Assembly: GCF_023055435.1 (NCBI RefSeq)
Contig: NW_025963857.1
Coordinates: 22,072,001-22,136,000 of the forward strand
Reading direction: 5' to 3'
Length of the DNA: 64,000 nucleotides
Origin: Haliotis rufescens
Taxonomy: Eukaryota
The first letter of the stretch is position 1. The number at the start of each line of letters is the position of its first letter. Below are positions 59,644 to 64,000 of this stretch, piece after piece. Made by a program: the position numbers and the translations under genes. The notes beneath the pieces were generated by a model. The model worked only from the letters and a program-made list of their open reading frames with translations, did not search any database and was not told the DNA's origin.

Positions 59644-60652
59644 TGTACCAGTATTGATTGATATCATGAGCATCGATGTACGCAATTGGGCTCGATGACA
59701 TTCATCAACCAAGTCAGCGAGCCTGACCTCCTGATCCCGTTAGTCGCCTCTTACGACAAGCATAGTCGCCTTTTTACGGCAAGCATGGTTTGCTGAAGAC
59801 CTATTGTACCCCGGATCTTCACGGGTCCATCATACTAACCATAGCTTTTACTAAATAACCTTTCAGATGAATGGAATTCATTTGAAAATCCAAGACAAAT
59901 ATAACAAAATATCAATATACATGTATCTACTAATAATTAGGTTTTTGAACCTATGAATTACTTTCGTTCGATAATCCGAATTTTGATTCAACCAAATACA
60001 AATTTTCCTATTTTCATATTGTATGACTTCAATGACACAACACTTCGCATGAGCTATTTTAGTCTGCATTCAGAGCAGATCCTTTCTACGAAGCCTGTCG
60101 GCTCAGGTACACGGTCACATTGACATTGTCGCCACCACATTGCCAGGTGTGCTCCCGACAACGCATATAAAGTCAATATTATTATACATTACGCGTTTCT
60201 TGCCATGACAAAGGGATACTAGTATACACATCACAACTGAACACGGCTGTTGGGGGTAGATGAATTTTACCAAGACGTCATTGACAAACAAATTCAAGTA
60301 TTTTACATGTGAGGTAAGATAATGTTTCTTAAGCTAGGACTACCCAGAATATATTTATCTGTCTCGGTTCACGGAGGACAATAAACGCGTTATGACATGA
60401 GCTAGCCACTTTTCATAGACAAGGTTCGTGGCTCCGTGCACAAACCCTTTGTGCAGCAGAGAGTCGGTAGAATAGCTCCAATCGACTTTACGTGGTATAT
60501 TTCTAAAAATAGGCGCGTTTCTCGGAACATCTCGTGGATGGTGACTTGTGGCTGTAAAATATTCTTATTCCCAGATCAGTGGCTGCAAGATCAACAGCAA
60601 AGTAAAGCCATCGGCGACAGTTATTTATAAGAACCTGTCCTTGTTTAAGACA

Positions 60653-60810
60653 TGTTAAGGAACAAAAGGACCGAGGATAGTTTAAAAGGTGAAAACCTTC
60701 TTTTCAAAGAGTAATAAGTAATCAGACACCGTCATACAGGTGGAAGACCACGAGCTTCACGTGGACCTGATTGTCATCTCTCTGATGTCCCCAACACTGG
60801 CGAGTGAGTT
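60653..60810 (+). pseudogene. Partial upstream duplicate of the BTB N-terminus (copy 2)
   Basis: SDTVIQVEDHELHVDLIVISLMSPTLASE, preceded by stops; part of a ~325-bp local tandem duplication. Confidence 0.75.
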
Positions 60811-60991
60811 TACTTTACGTGGTACGTTCCAGGAAAAGGCCCGTTTCTCGGAACTTCTTGTGTATGGTTCATTGTGGCATATTCTTATTTCCAGAATACA
60901 AAGGCTTCTAGACCAGCAGTAAATTGACACACCATCTCCGAAAGTTAGCCATAGGAATTTGGAACTTGTTTTCGACACTTCTGTCACCAAA

Positions 60992-61672
60992 ATGTCTGAG
61001 TCACGTTTAAAAGAGGCGAAAACATTCTTCACAGAGGGGAATAAGAAATCAGACGCCGTCATACAGGTGAAAGACCACGAGCTTCACGTGGACCTGAATA
61101 TAATCTCTCTGATGTCCCCGACATTGGCGAGTGAGTTCCAGCCACGCCCGGACCCCCTGTCTCCCCCTAGCGAAACCAACAAAGCCGTGGCCAAGTTGGA
61201 CGGACGTGTTGACCACATTGTGGACATGCTGACCTCCATCTACCCCAACTTCAGGAGCGTCAACGTTGTTGATAAAGACAACGTCGAGTACCTACTCCCA
61301 CTGGCTGCGAAGTACAAGCTGCTGTTTCTGATGGATACGTGTGAAACATTGATAATTGGAGCGGCACCTGGCATGAATGACTCTTACCACACATGCCAGA
61401 TAGAAATAACAAATGAAGAATACAAACACGAGAATAAAGATCGTCTCATGCGGTATTTCGTGTTGGCGCATAAACATGAATTAGATGTAGTGAGGAAATG
61501 TTGTATGGACAAGTTAGTAAAATGCTCTTATAGCATACAGACCAATCATCAGACTAGAAGGAATCCAACACGACGCACTGCCGCCTTCCAGCAGCTCGAC
61601 CCAACTACAAGATGGGAAATACTGAGAAATCGATTATTTTACCTGGAAGGTGAGTTATTGTTTCGTGCTTGA
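60992..61672 (+). CDS. BTB/POZ-domain protein, intact uninterrupted ORF, 226 aa
   Basis: Fits the BTB pattern: FF...SDAVIQVKDHELHVDLNIISLMSPTLASEF...IVDMLTSIYP...VDKDNVEYLLPLAAKYKLLFLMDTCE, followed by a helical C-terminus. ATG in AAAATGT context after an acceptor at 60893. Confidence 0.85.
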   Translation: MSESRLKEAKTFFTEGNKKSDAVIQVKDHELHVDLNIISLMSPTLASEFQPRPDPLSPPSETNKAVAKLDGRVDHIVDMLTSIYPNFRSVNVVDKDNVEYLLPLAAKYKLLFLMDTCETLIIGAAPGMNDSYHTCQIEITNEEYKHENKDRLMRYFVLAHKHELDVVRKCCMDKLVKCSYSIQTNHQTRRNPTRRTAAFQQLDPTTRWEILRNRLFYLEGELLFRA

Positions 61673-62150
61673 CAATGAAAGTTGACTGGGCAGGTGTAGC
61701 TGACCCTGTTAGTGACTCAGTATTAGTAGTTACTGTGATGAAGAGACTATGTTGGTGCGATGATGAATATACTACATGTATTACTTATGCATGTTTGGGG
61801 CTAACTGGAGGGTCAACTGTATTCTGTAATGTATATATACCATCTTTTGACCCGGAAACGCCTCAGATAATGAATGTATACTAGTATTACATTAACGAGT
61901 GCAGTTTTTAATCTTGAAGTGAGCCAACAGTAGAGATTGATCCTTTTCACTCTTGCTCTAATCAATCAACTCAGCCACCTTGCTCAACGTCATGTCACGT
62001 GATGAAAAAGATCAACATTTTTGTTCCGGGCCACAACAATAAGCCCAAATACTAGAAATTAACTCGGTGTTTTTGTTTTGGCTGCACTCTCTTCACGTTT
62101 AAGCAGTTATCTGTTCTAGATTGCAAGCTTGTGATGCTTGGTTTGATATA

Positions 62151-62311
62151 GTGAGTCAGTATGGTTCTACGCCGCTTTTAGCAATATTCCAGCAATATCA
62201 CGGCGGGGGACACCAGAAATGGGCTTCACACATTGTACCCATGTCAGGAATAGAACCCGGGTCTTCGGCCTGACGAGCGAACGCTTTAACCACTAGGCTA
62301 CCTGACCGCCC
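62151..62311 (-). mobile_element. Family-B tRNA-SINE
   Basis: Reverse complement; ggtttgata duplicated on the flanks; its paralogue at 55868-55970 has an internal deletion. Confidence 0.88.
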
Positions 62312-62977
62312 CGGTTTGATAAAGAGTTCACATGAATGTACACGGGTTGTTCGATAACAAAGATGAAATTTGAATGACATTCCAACGCACGTATACACTC
62401 ACTATTGTTAATTACGAAATATAATAATAATGTTGGATTGCCTGGATGCTAGTTATCAATGCACCTTTACCCTAATCATGTCAACGAAAACGTACAAGTA
62501 TTCAGGAAAGTACATAATATATATACAGAAAAAAATGTCTCAGTGAGCAATGACAATGTACATATGTTTCTATGTCTCTTCTTTCATTTCTGTCATTTTA
62601 TGTATTCATTGTAAATAATCATTTCTGTTAATCGATGGGAGATGGGAAAGTTTTGATCATTTGTGCTCAATCATTTTCATGTGGATAAAATAATATCAGT
62701 TTTACCTAAAAGCCAATATCTCTTTACTTAATCCGAGAATAATGGAACGTACTGTGTTTACAACTTGGAGCTAGCTTATCTGTAGATCGAACAGTGCTCA
62801 ATTGAATTTGGAACCGAACGCGAAGCTATAGCCATTACTTGGAAACACCATCGACAACAATATCGACAGTCTGTGTTGAACTGTGGGACAAAGTAGACTC
62901 AATTTTTATGGATAACAACTTCTTTAATACTGTAAAGGCAAAAGAAAATACAAAACTGTGGGAGTTACAAATGTAAT

Positions 62978-63147
62978 AGGGGCGGTGGGGTAGCCTGGTG
63001 GTTAAAGCGTTCGCTCGTCACGCCAAACACCCGGGTTCGATTCCCCACATTGGTACAATGTGTCAAGACCATTTCTGGTTTCCCCCGCCGTGATATTGCC
63101 GGGATAGTGCTTAAAGCGGCGTAAACAATATTCACCCACTCACTCAC
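62978..63147 (+). mobile_element. Family-B tRNA-SINE
   Basis: A/B boxes; TSD tacaaatgtaata on both sides. Confidence 0.9.
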
Positions 63148-63359
63148 TACAAATGTAATATTTAGCTCAAAGATCACAACGAAGCATGTTGTCATGACGT
63201 TTCTTTCTCCATCCTCCAGGTAGCTACGGTAAAGTGACTGACAAATTGGAAGACCTTTGAGGACGTGAGACATCTTGTGGCTACTTACAGTTCTTGTTAA
63301 TCTGCACACAATATGGCAACGGCTCCCCCAACGTAGATATAATATATTCATTCGCTACC

Positions 63360-63560
63360 ATAGTTTCGTTTTCAGACGGATTCGAAAAGCTCGACGCTAA
63401 AAACAGCCCTCCAATAAAATTAATGTCGCGAGCGAGATAAACTCGGTGCAAAGTCAGAGAAGGGAACGTTGGAGGTGGTGACGTCACTTCCGAAACGATA
63501 CTGTGATCGCGAATAGGTCCACGTTATGTATGACAATGGACCGGAGATGTCATACACTGG
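63360..63560. promoter_or_regulatory. Probable CpG-rich promoter
   Basis: Local CpG enrichment, composite TGACGTCACTTCCG (CRE plus ETS) at about 63479-63492, and two TCGCGA motifs. Confidence 0.5.
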
Positions 63561-64000
63561 ATAATCGAGTATATGTTCATTGATTCTATATATAATCTGT
63601 GCTGCGGGATGATTTTCAATTCTTGTCATCGCCGCCCTCTCTAGGCTAGGACGTGCTACGTGTTATATACACATGCACAGACTTGTCACAAGAATGTGCC
63701 TAGATAGACTGCATACGTACATTTTCGAGAGGATTGTGTATATATACTTTAATGACTCCCATTACGAAATCAAGACGCTGGTAATATTTGTGTCTTTGTG
63801 TTGATGCTTGCCCTCTTCCATATTTCCCCTATACTGCTACAGTTACTCGTTACTAACAAACTTAAGAAAGGTCACCTTGAAACGGCATAATGCCATAATA
63901 GTAATGACTGAAACTTAACATATATACCTTTACAAGCTGCTTATCTTCAGTTATATCACAGGCCTATATGACAAGTCCGTGGTTATGTCTAAACTTAAGG

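Larger units (their letters stand above)
52370..62420 (+). repeat. Tandem segmental duplication: about 52370-56098 versus 59652-62422
   Basis: Collinear shared blocks: SINE plus ctaaccatagc flank, 5' region, BTB gene, 3' flank (acattaacga...), tRNA-SINE and gtatacactcactattgttaa end. Confidence 0.9.

Overview
Eukaryotic, AT-rich, repeat-dense animal genomic DNA. The SINE/MITE repertoire suggests a gastropod mollusc such as abalone (inference only). Genes: RPL13 on the minus strand (5'TOP non-coding exon plus 3 coding exons, 207 aa) lies head-to-head, less than 100 bp away, with a plus-strand cytosolic 5'-nucleotidase/metallophosphoesterase gene (13 coding exons, 565 aa reconstructed). A tandemly duplicated BTB/POZ gene lies near the right end, one copy intact and one broken by a frameshift and a Tc1 element. 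Mobile DNA: a decayed I/Nimb-type LINE, a decayed DIRS element (gag, RT, RNase H, DAM-type methylase, start of tyrosine recombinase), a second DIRS recombinase fragment, a Tc1 relic, several SINE families, hAT and Tc1/pogo MITEs, and a Helentron-like element. The most unusual items are: (1) a ~310-bp miniature LTR retrotransposon with tRNA-Arg-derived LTRs and a perfect tRNA-Lys primer-binding site; (2) a 97-bp tandem array amplified from an exon/intron junction, giving 14 extra splice donors and potential in-frame 9-nt microexons; (3) a 5S-rRNA-headed SINE; (4) an abundant short retroelement with no Pol III promoter and a pseudoknot-like head; (5) complementary decay of the two BTB copies. 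All coordinates were read by eye and repeat boundaries are approximate.
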